A stretch of 32,000 bases of DNA from Opitutales bacterium. Its GTDB lineage: Bacteria > Verrucomicrobiota > Verrucomicrobiia > Opitutales > Coraliomargaritaceae. This document shows positions 1-11,687 of this stretch, one piece after another. The notes under the pieces were generated by a model, which saw nothing but the letters and a program-made list of their open reading frames with translations, was not told the origin of the DNA and did no database searches. The stretch's first letter is position 1. Each line of letters starts with the position of its first letter. The stretch spans positions 30,001 through 62,000 of the forward strand of contig JBMYVL010000009.1 in assembly GCA_049606355.1 (NCBI GenBank). The letters run 5' to 3'. The position numbers and the translations under genes were made by a program.

Positions 1-1
1 C

Positions 2-82
2 AGCGAAGGCTTTGCTGAGGATCGAGATGTTTTGGAAGCCGCAGCGGAAGGCTGTCCCGTCGACATCATTAAAATCGATTGA
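2..82 (+). CDS. 3' end of a CDS entering from the left edge (…SEGFAEDRDVLEAAAEGCPVDIIKID*). It may be a small ferredoxin-type protein.
   Basis: An open frame runs from the window edge to TGA at 80-82 and is followed by a strong hairpin terminator. The C-terminal 'CPV..I' tail resembles the ends of single-cluster ferredoxins. Only 26 aa are visible. Confidence 0.3.
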   Translation, partial: SEGFAEDRDVLEAAAEGCPVDIIKID

Positions 83-95
83 CCGCAGTCGTTAC

Positions 96-127
96 AAAAA
101 AAGCCGCTCTTTACCGAGCGGCTTTTG
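96..127. terminator. Bidirectional intrinsic terminator between the convergent left-edge CDS and gyrA
   Basis: Stem AAGCCGCTC (101-109) pairs with GAGCGGCTT (116-124) around a 6-nt loop. It is flanked by an A-run at 96-102, which reads as a T-run on the minus strand, and by TTTT at 123-126. Confidence 0.75.
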
Positions 128-144
128 TATCGATGGGGTACCCT

Positions 145-2637
145 TTAAGCTTCAGGAGCGTCTTCGGTAGAATCCGCATCCGCAGCGCCGGCTTCCTCTT
201 CCTCGGAAGCGATCACCTTGGAAATGCCAATGAGTTCGTCCTTGTCGGCGAGGTTCACCAGCTTAACGCCTTGTGTTGCCCGACCCACGACGCTGACATC
301 CTTGACGGGTGAGCGTACGGCTTGCCCCTTGAGAGTGAACATCATGATTTCATCTTCATCCGTCACGGAGAGTGCGCCTGCGACCTTCTCAGACTTGATG
401 GCGATGATGCCGGAGCCGCCACGTGATTGCTGGCGGTAGTCTTCGAAACTGCTGCGCTTACCGAGGCCATTGGTGCCAGCGATGAGAAGCTTCGCGTTCG
501 GATCGACAATTTCAATGCCCACCACTTTATCGCTTTCGCTCTTCAGCTTGATCCCGCGTACTCCGCGAGTGGCACGTCCTTGATCACGCAGATCCGTCTC
601 ACAGAAGCGAATCGATTGTGCATTCGAAGTAATCAGAATGATATCGTCTTCGCCGGTAGTCAGACGTGCCCCCACCAGCGCATCACCTTCATCAATGTTA
701 ATGCCAATGATGCCGCCCTTGCGGAAATTACGGAAGTCTGAGAGCAGGGTCTTCTTCGTAACACCGTTTTGCGTGGCGAGGACGATGCGCTGATCGGATT
801 CGTCAAAGTCTTTGACGCAAATCATCGCAGCGATCTTTTCGCCTTCCTGTAACTCGAGAACATTGGCGATGGCACGACCCTTCGCGGTGCGACTGCCTTC
901 GGGTATGTGGTAGACCTTTTCAACGTAGACGCGGCCACTGTTCATGAAACACATGATGTAATCGTGCGTCGAAGCAGTGAAGAGGTGCTCAACAAAGTCG
1001 TCCTCATACTGACCCGAACCAATTACGCCCTTACCGCCACGTTTTTGTGAGCGGTACTCGTCAAGACTGGTGCGCTTAATAAAGCCGTTGTGCGTAACGG
1101 TAATCATACATCCCTCGTTGGGGATGAGGTCTTCCATGCTGATGTCGCCATCGACAGAGATGATTTGAGCGCGGCGTGGGTTGCCGTATTTCTCTTTCAT
1201 TGCGCTCAGTTCTTCTTTGATCACTTCGAGCAGGCGCGACTCATTCTCCAGAATGTCTTTAAGCTCAGCAATCAAGGCCATAAGCTGCGCATATTCCTCC
1301 TCGATCTTATCGCGTTCGAGTCCCGTAAGTTGGTACAAGCGCAGTTCAAGTATGGCATTGGTTTGTACCTCAGTGAGTGGATACTTCGCCATCAAGCCCT
1401 GCTTGGCTTCGTCGCGGTTTTTCGAGGCACGAATAATTTTTACGAAGTCGTCGAGGTTATCGAGGGCGAGTTTATAGCCCTCGAGGATGTGTGCGCGTGC
1501 TTCGGCCTTACGCAGGCGGAATGCGGTACGCCGATAGATCACCTCGCGCCGGTGATCGATATAACAGCTGAGCATCTCCTTGATGTTCATCTGCTTCGGG
1601 CGTCGATTGTCGAGGGCGAGCAGAATCACGCCGAAGGAGCTTTCCAGCGCAGTGCTTTTGTAAAGTTGGTTGATGATCACGCGAGGGATCGCGCCGCGTT
1701 TGAGCTCGATGACGATGCGAGTCGTCTCGGTGGATTCATCGCGCAGGTCGGAGATGCCATCGATTGCCTTGTCCTTAATCAGCTCTGCAATCCGCATGAC
1801 CAGGGAGGCGCGATTCACATTATAAGGAATCGCCGAAATGATAATTTCTTCCTTCCCTTTGTTCTCAACCACTTCGGCGACACCGCGAGTGCGCACAATG
1901 CCACGTCCGGTTTTTAGATAGCTTTCGATTCCGGACTTACCATGAATAAAGCCGCCACCGGGGAAATCGGGTCCGGGGATCAGTTGGATCAGGTCATCGA
2001 GTTCGATTTTCGGATTGTCGATAATGGCGGTCGCCGCATCGATGATCTCATTTAAATTGTGGGGTGGTATATTGGTGGTCATGCCCACCGCGATGCCCGT
2101 GGAGCCGTTCATCAAGAGGTTGGGCAGGGCTGCCGGCAGTACCGATGGTTCGGTCGTGCTTTCCTTGTAGTTGGGTACGAAGTCGACGGTGTCCTCATCA
2201 ATATCCTTGAGGATATCTTCGGCAATTTGCTCGAGTTTACATTCGGTGTAACGATAGGCCGCGGGTGAATCGCCATCGATTGAGCCGAAGTTACCTTGGG
2301 GAACGATCAGGGGGTAGCGCATGACCCAGTCCTGAGCCAGACGCACTAAGGTATCATATACCGAGCTGTCACCGTGTGGGTGGTAGTTTTTCAGAACTTC
2401 ACCGACGACACCGGCGCATTTATCAAACGGGCGGTTGTGGAGCAGCCCCTCACGCAGCATCGCATACAAAATTCGGCGCTGTACGGGCTTGAAACCATCG
2501 CGGGCATCGGGGAGGGCACGACTAACGATAACGGACATCGAGTAGTCAATATATGCAGTCTGCATGATGTCCGTAATGGACGTCGCTTCGGCGCGCAGGT
2601 GGTTTGGGCTGTTGGGATCGTGTGGAGGAGTTTCCAT
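145..2637 (-). CDS. gyrA: DNA gyrase subunit A
   Basis: 830-aa ORF with an ATG start. The N terminus reads YIDYSMSVIVSRALPDARDGFKPVQRRILYAM and includes the AAYRYTE active-site Tyr region. The C-terminal beta-pinwheel repeats and an acidic tail are present. Confidence 0.97.
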   Translation of the reverse strand: METPPHDPNSPNHLRAEATSITDIMQTAYIDYSMSVIVSRALPDARDGFKPVQRRILYAMLREGLLHNRPFDKCAGVVGEVLKNYHPHGDSSVYDTLVRLAQDWVMRYPLIVPQGNFGSIDGDSPAAYRYTECKLEQIAEDILKDIDEDTVDFVPNYKESTTEPSVLPAALPNLLMNGSTGIAVGMTTNIPPHNLNEIIDAATAIIDNPKIELDDLIQLIPGPDFPGGGFIHGKSGIESYLKTGRGIVRTRGVAEVVENKGKEEIIISAIPYNVNRASLVMRIAELIKDKAIDGISDLRDESTETTRIVIELKRGAIPRVIINQLYKSTALESSFGVILLALDNRRPKQMNIKEMLSCYIDHRREVIYRRTAFRLRKAEARAHILEGYKLALDNLDDFVKIIRASKNRDEAKQGLMAKYPLTEVQTNAILELRLYQLTGLERDKIEEEYAQLMALIAELKDILENESRLLEVIKEELSAMKEKYGNPRRAQIISVDGDISMEDLIPNEGCMITVTHNGFIKRTSLDEYRSQKRGGKGVIGSGQYEDDFVEHLFTASTHDYIMCFMNSGRVYVEKVYHIPEGSRTAKGRAIANVLELQEGEKIAAMICVKDFDESDQRIVLATQNGVTKKTLLSDFRNFRKGGIIGINIDEGDALVGARLTTGEDDIILITSNAQSIRFCETDLRDQGRATRGVRGIKLKSESDKVVGIEIVDPNAKLLIAGTNGLGKRSSFEDYRQQSRGGSGIIAIKSEKVAGALSVTDEDEIMMFTLKGQAVRSPVKDVSVVGRATQGVKLVNLADKDELIGISKVIASEEEEAGAADADSTEDAPEA

Positions 2638-2707
2638 TGCTAGTGTGTTGAAAGGACTAAGGTAGGCGGAGTCGGGGGCGGTGTGTTAAGCAGTACGCTC
2701 GTTGAAA

Positions 2708-5314
<2,607 letters not shown>

Positions 5315-5407
5315 TTACGCCAAAGGCAGGGCCCTCGACCCATCGGCGGTGCAGCGCTTATCGAGCGGACGGGGAGCGCCTCGAAATAAGTTTACTTCTT
5401 GAGTCGT

Positions 5408-5420
5408 AATACTAAGTATT
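5408..5420. promoter_or_regulatory. Perfect 6-1-6 palindrome AATACT-A-AGTATT just upstream of the probable Rrf2 start. Candidate operator.
   Basis: Read directly from the sequence. It lies 5 nt before GTG 5426 in the gyrB/Rrf2 divergent intergenic region. Its function is inferred only. Confidence 0.3.
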
Positions 5421-5425
5421 GTGCC

Positions 5426-5839
5426 GTGAAACTTTCCAACAAGCTCGAATATGCCTGCCGTGTGCTCGCACAACTCGCCCGGTCCCATGGGCAGAGTAAA
5501 TTGGCGCATATTGACGAGTTGGCCGAGGCTGAGAAGATTCCAGCCAATTATTTGGTCCAAATTCTCAATGAGCTGCGCACTGCAGGGGTGATTGTCAGCA
5601 AACGTGGCAAGCAGGGTGGCTATGCGCTTTCCCGCGCGCCCAATCGGATTCGCTTGGATGAGATTGTCAACGCGGTGGAGGCGGACCTATTGGAGCCCAG
5701 TTGTGGCGCCGAGGGGCATTCCGGTGCGCGCGTGGCGTCCGTTTGGGCTGAAATTGGCAGTGAGTTTGAGGAAAAGGTGCGCGGCTATACCCTGGATACC
5801 TTTGTCGTGGGTGATGCGGGCGAAATGTATTACATTTAG
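5426..5839 (+). CDS. Rrf2-family transcriptional regulator
   Basis: The N terminus (V)KLSNKLEYACRVLAQLA…IPANYLVQILNELRTAGVIVSKRGKQGGYALSR is the typical Rrf2 winged helix-turn-helix. The ORF track starts at TTG 5399. GTG 5426 gives the canonical 'MKLS.K..YA' N terminus. Confidence 0.85.
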   Translation: MKLSNKLEYACRVLAQLARSHGQSKLAHIDELAEAEKIPANYLVQILNELRTAGVIVSKRGKQGGYALSRAPNRIRLDEIVNAVEADLLEPSCGAEGHSGARVASVWAEIGSEFEEKVRGYTLDTFVVGDAGEMYYI

Positions 5840-5888
5840 TCCTGTCGCGTGAGCACTTGACTGCGCGCTGCCTGCGCGAGCATTCAAT

Positions 5889-7706
5889 TTAGAATGCCCA
5901 GAATAAGGGTACGATCGTCACCGTGACGAGACAGCACAGTAGGTTGAGTGGCAGCCCGATCTTGGTGAAGTCTCTGAACTTATAACCCCCGACGCCATAA
6001 ACATAGGTATTCGTTTGGTAGCCAATCGGGGTGGCAAAGCTCGCCGAAGCGGCCACACAACTACCGATAACAAAGGGGCGAGGGTCGACACCGAGTGTCG
6101 CCGCAATCCCCAGCGCAATCGGAACCATGAGTGCTACCGCTGCATTATTGGAAAGAAACTCAGTAAAGGTGGAGGTAATCACGTAGATCAACAGCAGCAT
6201 CATCACGTTTTGTAGGTGCTCGGGTGTAAAGCTGCGCACCAGTGCGGTGAGATTCTCTGCGATCAGGAGGCTGGCGCCCGTCGAATCCATGGCATGGCCG
6301 AGGGCCAGCATCCCAAAAATAATTAACAGGATGCTCCATTCGACGGAGGCGTAGGCTTCTTTGGTCTTGATGCAGCCGGTTAGCAGTAGCAGCGCGACAC
6401 CGAGTGAAACCGCAGCGACAATCGGCACCAAGTTCAGGGAAGCCAGTGCGACGATGCCAATCGAAGTGCCGATCGCCAGGGGCATCTTCGCCCGCACGCT
6501 TTTGGTCGGTACTCGTGGTCGGTCGAGCAGAATGACTTCGTCGCTGTCTGCCAGCGATTCAATCGCGCGTGTCGACCCCATCATGAGTAGTGTGTCACCT
6601 TCTTGGAGGCGTAACTCGCCGAGGCGTTCCCGTTGGTTCTGGCCTTTGCGGTGCACCGCGACAACCACCATACGGAAGCGTTGACGGAAATTAATTTCGC
6701 CGAGTGTTTTGCCTGCAATCGAGGCATGTGGCGCGACGACACCTTCCACGATGGCACCCTCATCCATGGCAATGGTTTCCAGTCCTTCCGTGAGCTCGGC
6801 ATGCATGGCGATGCCTTTGATCGAGTGCGCCTCGGCAACTCCTGAGGGGCGGCAGGACAGAACCAGTCGGTCGCTGGCGAGCAAGGGGATCTCCCTGGGA
6901 TTGCCAGTTACGGCCACGCCTTGGCGAACGATTTCGAGAAGCCGAATTCCACGACCTTTGAGGAAACCACTCTCTTTGGCGCTTTTACCGATGAGGTCGG
7001 AACCGCTGCGGATAAAGGCCTCGGTCATGAACTCTTTGCGCTCCTCATCACTTAAAATGGACGTCAGTGTCTCGCGTTGTGGCAGCAGTTTCTGGCCGAA
7101 GAGTACCAAGTAGAGGCAGCCCACCGCAAGAATCGGCATTCCAACCGAAGCCAATTCAAACATGCCGATCGGTGCATGCCCGGCGTCTTGGAGGATGCCA
7201 CTGGCGAGCAGATTGGTACTGGTGCCGAGCAGGGTGCAGGTACCGCCGAAAATGGAGGCGTACGACAGCGGGATCAGCAACTTGGAAGAGGCGATTCCCA
7301 TGTCGCGCGAGAGTGTTAGGATGACCGGCATCAGTACGATGACCACCGGGGTGTTGTTGATGAAGGCCGATACCGCAGCGACACCGATGACCATCACAAA
7401 GATAAATCCACGGTACGGGAGGCGGACTAAGCGGCGCAGATAAGCGGTGATTTGGTCGATCGCTCCCGTGCGTTCCAGCGCAGTGCTCACAATGAACATG
7501 CCGGCAATGGTCAGCGGCGCCGAGTTGCTAAAGACACCCAGAAGATTTTCAAGATCGGGTAATTGATCGCTGCCCGTCAGCATGCTGACGAAGAGTAACA
7601 CTCCAAATACGGTGATCGCCGTTAAATCCGCGGGGATGCGCTCCCAGATGAAACTAACAACTGCGAAAAGGAGTAGTGCGAAAACAAATAGTATTTCCCA
7701 AGTCAT
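5889..7706 (-). CDS. SLC13/DASS-family anion permease with two central TrkA-C (RCK-C) domains
   Basis: 605-aa polytopic protein. Hydrophobic halves flank two soluble about 70-aa repeats (…[11 protein letters not shown]…RLVLSCRP… and …[15 protein letters not shown]…GDTLLMMGS…), which is typical of TrkA-C. ATG 7706 overlaps the ctaG stop. Confidence 0.85.
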   Translation of the reverse strand: MTWEILFVFALLLFAVVSFIWERIPADLTAITVFGVLLFVSMLTGSDQLPDLENLLGVFSNSAPLTIAGMFIVSTALERTGAIDQITAYLRRLVRLPYRGFIFVMVIGVAAVSAFINNTPVVIVLMPVILTLSRDMGIASSKLLIPLSYASIFGGTCTLLGTSTNLLASGILQDAGHAPIGMFELASVGMPILAVGCLYLVLFGQKLLPQRETLTSILSDEERKEFMTEAFIRSGSDLIGKSAKESGFLKGRGIRLLEIVRQGVAVTGNPREIPLLASDRLVLSCRPSGVAEAHSIKGIAMHAELTEGLETIAMDEGAIVEGVVAPHASIAGKTLGEINFRQRFRMVVVAVHRKGQNQRERLGELRLQEGDTLLMMGSTRAIESLADSDEVILLDRPRVPTKSVRAKMPLAIGTSIGIVALASLNLVPIVAAVSLGVALLLLTGCIKTKEAYASVEWSILLIIFGMLALGHAMDSTGASLLIAENLTALVRSFTPEHLQNVMMLLLIYVITSTFTEFLSNNAAVALMVPIALGIAATLGVDPRPFVIGSCVAASASFATPIGYQTNTYVYGVGGYKFRDFTKIGLPLNLLCCLVTVTIVPLFWAF

Positions 7707-8509
7707 GGTTGTGTTGGCTGGACTGCGGCAGCTGGCTCCTCATTTGCCTCAGACCGAGCCCAAAAATAGAAGCATGAACCCAAGATTGTCAGTGAAAATC
7801 CCATATTCACAATTTTCATGATTATACCGCCAAGTATTTGATCATTCAGCGGGTCGAGATCGATAATCCGCGGTGCCCATGCGTAGGTAGGGTAAATGGC
7901 TTCGTTGGCAAAGGTGAGAAAGGCGAAGACGGGCAACTGGCCAACCATCAGCAAGAAAATAGCTAGCATTCTCAAGGGATAGCTGCGGCGCGGGACGCGC
8001 TGGGAGCTCGTCAGGAAGGGCCAAAGCATCAAACAACCGAGACTGAACATGGTCCAGTGCTCCAGTATGTGGATGCGTTTGTCGTGCAGCGCAGCTTCGT
8101 ACAGCGCCGGTACGTGCCATGCGGTATACACAAAAGTGAAGAGTAGGCCGCCGCAGGCAGGGTGCGTCAGTCGATCGAACAGTTGACGCGCGACGTCGGT
8201 GCGTAACAGCCAATCGATCAGCCAACTCGGAACACCCACAAAAAACAGTGTCGGTGTAAGATAAATCAGCAGCATGTGTTGAATCATGTGCGCGCAGAAA
8301 AGAAATTGCTCGCCAATTTGATCGAGCGGTGAGCCAACCGCCAGATAGGTGAGTGCGAGCCCCAGGTAAAAACAGGTCGCGCGAGTCGCAGAAAAAGTCG
8401 CTTGTGGCGCAATACGTGTGCGCAGTGGCCCGATGGCAAGTGCGTACAACCAACCAACCATCAATAGAGTGATGAGGAGTAGGGGTTCGGTATGCCAGTG
8501 TAGTTGCAT
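7703..8509 (-). CDS. ctaG: Cytochrome c oxidase assembly factor, caa3-type CtaG family membrane protein
   Basis: Polytopic protein [23 protein letters not shown]…HMIQHMLL… located next to the oxidase genes, matching the Bacillus-type CtaG (Caa3_CtaG). The ORF track starts at GTG 8566. I prefer ATG 8509. Confidence 0.8.
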   Translation of the reverse strand: MQLHWHTEPLLLITLLMVGWLYALAIGPLRTRIAPQATFSATRATCFYLGLALTYLAVGSPLDQIGEQFLFCAHMIQHMLLIYLTPTLFFVGVPSWLIDWLLRTDVARQLFDRLTHPACGGLLFTFVYTAWHVPALYEAALHDKRIHILEHWTMFSLGCLMLWPFLTSSQRVPRRSYPLRMLAIFLLMVGQLPVFAFLTFANEAIYPTYAWAPRIIDLDPLNDQILGGIIMKIVNMGFSLTILGSCFYFWARSEANEEPAAAVQPTQP

Positions 8510-8597
8510 CTTGTTGGAGTGATTGAGGGCGGCCGCGTAGCGCGAGGAACGACTGCCCTCAAGCACACACGTGAATTATGATGAGACGAACGATGTA

Positions 8598-8628
8598 CAA
8601 AAAAGACGGAGCCGCTGCGACCCCGTCT
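8598..8628 (-). terminator. Intrinsic terminator downstream of oxidase subunit IV
   Basis: The minus strand reads AGACGGGG-TCGCAGCGG-CTCCGTCT followed by TTTTTTG. This is an 8-bp stem including one G-U pair. On the plus strand the stem halves are at 8604-8611 and 8621-8628. Confidence 0.7.
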
Positions 8629-8654
8629 TCAATCGAAATAGAGGTGTGCGCTTC

Positions 8655-9014
8655 TTACCAAGCAGAGAGGACGCCTGTAATTGCATCAAAATCGACATCG
8701 TTTGAGCTCAGTAAAATAAGTAAGGCGGTATAGGTGCCGGTTGCGATTGCCATTCCAGTCCCAAAGGCGAGCGTCAGCAGTAGCTTGTCGTAGATCAAAT
8801 GCATGAACCACGCGACCACGGCGACAAATTTAAACAGCGACAGCGCGAGCAGTGTACTGAACAGGAAGGCCGTGTGGAAGGGCAAGTACACCAGTACCAG
8901 TTCAACGCCGGTGACTGCGGCAAGGATCAGTGCCAGATTCACGAACGCGTGGTACTTTTCGTTCTCTGCACTTTTGTCAACGGATGGAAGAGGGATGTCG
9001 TATGCGTCAGACAT
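8655..9014 (-). CDS. ctaF: Cytochrome c oxidase subunit IV (small prokaryotic COX4 type)
   Basis: 119 aa with three predicted TM helices. It sits directly after subunit III. The …[13 protein letters not shown]… motif is typical of the family. Confidence 0.8.
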   Translation of the reverse strand: MSDAYDIPLPSVDKSAENEKYHAFVNLALILAAVTGVELVLVYLPFHTAFLFSTLLALSLFKFVAVVAWFMHLIYDKLLLTLAFGTGMAIATGTYTALLILLSSNDVDFDAITGVLSAW

Positions 9015-9032
9015 AATGAATTGATTTAAGCG

Positions 9033-9659
9033 TTAATGAGCGACGCCACTGGTTTTGCCAATGAATTCAATGAGGTAAACTGCTGTGAAAATGATGATCC
9101 AAACAATGTCCACAAAGTGCCAATACAAACCGGCCGCTTCCACATCAATCGCACTTTCATGGGCGTCCATTTTACCCGAATAGGAGTAGAACAATAGGCA
9201 AGCCAACCAAAAGACACCGATTGCCACGTGACAACCGTGTGTTCCCGTCATCAGGTAGAAGGTGGAACCAAACGTACCGGACTGTAAGGTCAGTCCATGG
9301 TGGACGAATTCACTGAACTCATAGACTTGGCAACCCAGGAAGATAAGACCGAAGAAGATGACACCGATGGTGTTGCGGCGAAAACTTTTGAGCTCCCCTT
9401 TGTGCATCGCCGATACCGCAAGAGCCATCAGGAATGAGCTCATCAGGAGGATGAAGGTCGAGAAGGACGTGAGCTCCAAGCTAAACAGTTGGGTCGGTTC
9501 GTACTCGTCTGGATAGAGCTTGCGGTAGATGAGGTGGGTGGAAATCAGCGTACCGAAAAACATGCAGTCGGAACCGAGAAAGAGCCACATGAGCAATTTC
9601 TTGTTGTTGACTACCAGATTGTGATGCGCGTCGTGATTCGCTGTAGCTGCGTCGGACAT
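9033..9659 (-). CDS. ctaE: Cytochrome c oxidase subunit III
   Basis: 208 aa with an N-terminal His-rich segment (HDAHHN) and five TM helices. The motifs …GTHGCHVAIGV… and …YWHFVDIVWI… are typical of heme-copper oxidase subunit III. Confidence 0.92.
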   Translation of the reverse strand: MSDAATANHDAHHNLVVNNKKLLMWLFLGSDCMFFGTLISTHLIYRKLYPDEYEPTQLFSLELTSFSTFILLMSSFLMALAVSAMHKGELKSFRRNTIGVIFFGLIFLGCQVYEFSEFVHHGLTLQSGTFGSTFYLMTGTHGCHVAIGVFWLACLLFYSYSGKMDAHESAIDVEAAGLYWHFVDIVWIIIFTAVYLIEFIGKTSGVAH

Positions 9660-9698
9660 TGTATTTAAAACGGAATTAAGGATTCGAACGAGCGGCGC

Positions 9699-11678
9699 TT
9701 ACGCTTCGTTTTCAGGGTGAAGGTGGTAGCCGCCGGGGCCTTCGATTGCCCACAGTGCGATGCCAATGGTGACCAGGCAAAGACCGAAAATGGCAGTATA
9801 GCCCATGAAGGGGACGCCGGCCTGCATCAGCGATAAGCCGAGACCGAGGGGGATGAAGCCTGCCGATGCCAGCACCGGCCACCAAGACTGACTGGGCATA
9901 TGGATGCCATGGCCGTCGTCCGCTTCGGCACCGATTTTACGGTTTTCGGGACCGTACTTATCTTCCCACAGGGCATCGCGAGCGTGAATGACCGGCGTCT
10001 TGGCAAAATTGTAAACCTGAGGCGGGGACGTCGTAGTCCACTCTAGGGTGCGCGCATCCCATGGGTCATTGCCGGCGGGTTCGCCGCTGCGAAAACAACG
10101 TACAATATCGATGACAAGGAGTAAGATGCCAAAGGCGAGAATGTAGGCGCCGATCGTACACACCATGTTGTAGGTTTCCCAACCGAAGCCTTCGAGATAA
10201 GTGTGCGTACGGCGGGGCATGCCGAGCAAGCCGAGGAAGTGCATGGGGAAGAAAGTCACATTCAGGCCAATCGTCGAGAAGATTGCGACCCAGGTGCTGA
10301 GGTTGCCGACCCACATCTTACCGATCATTTTGGGCAGCCAGAAGTAGATGCCCGCAACAACCGCGAGGAAAATTCCACCAATCGCTACATAGTGAAAGTG
10401 GGCGATCACGAAATAACTGTCCTGTTGCTGTGCGTCTGCCGGTGCCGAGGAGTGCATGATGCCGGAGAATCCCCCCATCATGAACATCCAGACGAAGCCG
10501 AGGGCAAAAATCATGGGAGCGGAGAAGCGAACGCGCCCGCCCCAGAGGGTGCCCACCCAGTTGAAGATCTTCACTCCGGTCGGCACAGCAATGGCCATCG
10601 TCAATAATGAGAATGCCGCGGTGGCGACTTTTCCGAGACCAGTGGTGAACATGTGGTGTGACCACACGGCAAATCCGAGGAAGCCAATCACGGCGCCGGA
10701 GAATACTACAATCGAATAACCGAAGAGCGGCTTTTTAGAAAAAGTGGGCAGCACTTCGGAGACAATACCCATCGCCGGCAGCACTAGAATGTAAACTTCG
10801 GGATGGCCGAAGATCCAGAACAGGTGTTGCCATAGGATGGGCTGACCGCCTCCTGCGGTTACGAAAAAGTTGGTGCCGAATAGACGGTCGAACATGAGTT
10901 CGGCGAGCGCCACTGTAATGGCGGGAAAGGCGAAGATGATCAGCAGTGAAACCACTAAGGTCATCCAGGTGAAGACCGGCATACGCATCATCTTCATTCC
11001 CGGTGCCCGCATGTTGATGATGGTTACCGTGAAATTAATGGCCGCGGACAAAGAGGCGATGCCGAGGATTTGCAGCCCCATGATCCAGAAGTCGGTACCG
11101 GCGCCGGTGAATTTGATGCCCGTAATCGGTGCGTAGCCAAACCAGCCCATCGATGGCACAAAATCATTCATTCCGGCAGTGGGGCCCGAGGCGCTGAATA
11201 ATCCCAATGCCTCGAGGGCTTGCAGGATCCAGCCGAAGTTGATGACCAGTGCACCTGCGACAAAGGCCCACAAACTGAAGGAGTTGATTCGCGGGAAGGC
11301 TACGTCGCGCGCGCCAATTTGCAAGGGTACCAGGAAGTTGAAGAACGCTGCATTCAGAGGCATGATCGCAAGGAAGATCATCGTCGTTCCATGCATGGTG
11401 AATAGCTGATTGTAGCGCTGAGCTGAAATCAGGTCGTTTTCCGGCACTGCGAGCTGTGTGCGTATGATCAAGGCTTCGATGCCACCGATCAACAAGAAGA
11501 ACAGTGCGATCGCACCGTACATGATGCCGATTTTCTTGTGATCCACCGTAGTCAACCAATCCACAAAGACCGACTTGCTGTGGTCGGGGCGCAACAAGCC
11601 GAGGTTGCTGCGTTGCGGGCTGAGAACCTGCGAAGGCGCGCTGTGGGTGGTCGATGTTTCAGTAACCGTGCTGCTCAT
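9699..11678 (-). CDS. ctaD: Cytochrome c oxidase subunit I (A1-type, with two extra C-terminal TM helices)
   Basis: 659 aa. Motifs present: WFFGHPEVY-type helix VI (LFWIFGHPEVYILVLP), HHMFTTG and HFHYV. ATG start. Confidence 0.97.
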   Translation of the reverse strand: MSSTVTETSTTHSAPSQVLSPQRSNLGLLRPDHSKSVFVDWLTTVDHKKIGIMYGAIALFFLLIGGIEALIIRTQLAVPENDLISAQRYNQLFTMHGTTMIFLAIMPLNAAFFNFLVPLQIGARDVAFPRINSFSLWAFVAGALVINFGWILQALEALGLFSASGPTAGMNDFVPSMGWFGYAPITGIKFTGAGTDFWIMGLQILGIASLSAAINFTVTIINMRAPGMKMMRMPVFTWMTLVVSLLIIFAFPAITVALAELMFDRLFGTNFFVTAGGGQPILWQHLFWIFGHPEVYILVLPAMGIVSEVLPTFSKKPLFGYSIVVFSGAVIGFLGFAVWSHHMFTTGLGKVATAAFSLLTMAIAVPTGVKIFNWVGTLWGGRVRFSAPMIFALGFVWMFMMGGFSGIMHSSAPADAQQQDSYFVIAHFHYVAIGGIFLAVVAGIYFWLPKMIGKMWVGNLSTWVAIFSTIGLNVTFFPMHFLGLLGMPRRTHTYLEGFGWETYNMVCTIGAYILAFGILLLVIDIVRCFRSGEPAGNDPWDARTLEWTTTSPPQVYNFAKTPVIHARDALWEDKYGPENRKIGAEADDGHGIHMPSQSWWPVLASAGFIPLGLGLSLMQAGVPFMGYTAIFGLCLVTIGIALWAIEGPGGYHLHPENEA

Positions 11679-11687
11679 GGTAAGGCC

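Noticed and set aside
1090-1917. Long antisense ORFs inside well-supported genes. Examples are the 275-aa plus-strand ORF opposite gyrA, 7842-8453 inside ctaG, 14624-15163 and 14910-15356 in ctaA, 10203-10607 opposite ctaD, and 24352-24732 opposite rpmB.
   Set aside because: Each lies entirely within a gene that has unmistakable family motifs on the other strand or in another frame. Their translations are low-complexity, rich in Arg, Ser, Pro and Ala, with no recognisable domains. These are typical shadow ORFs of moderately GC-rich DNA.
5399-5425. ORF-track N-terminal extensions that begin at GTG or TTG: Rrf2 5399, gyrB 5287, ctaG 8566, FAD protein 17676, rhomboid-like 19592, methyltransferase 25805, tsaD 25885 and the orphan protein 29556.
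   Set aside because: In each case a downstream ATG, or GTG for Rrf2, gives the N terminus typical of the family or avoids overlap with the neighbouring gene. The extensions add atypical Cys, Ser or Arg-rich residues. The true starts remain unverified.
9699-9950. C-terminal extension of oxidase subunit I with two extra TM helices (…SQSWWPVLASAGFIPLGLGL…IGIALWAIEG…), considered as a possible fused subunit.
   Set aside because: Bacillus-type CtaD proteins also have 14 helices with two extra C-terminal ones, and a separate subunit IV gene is present downstream. This is an ordinary family variation.
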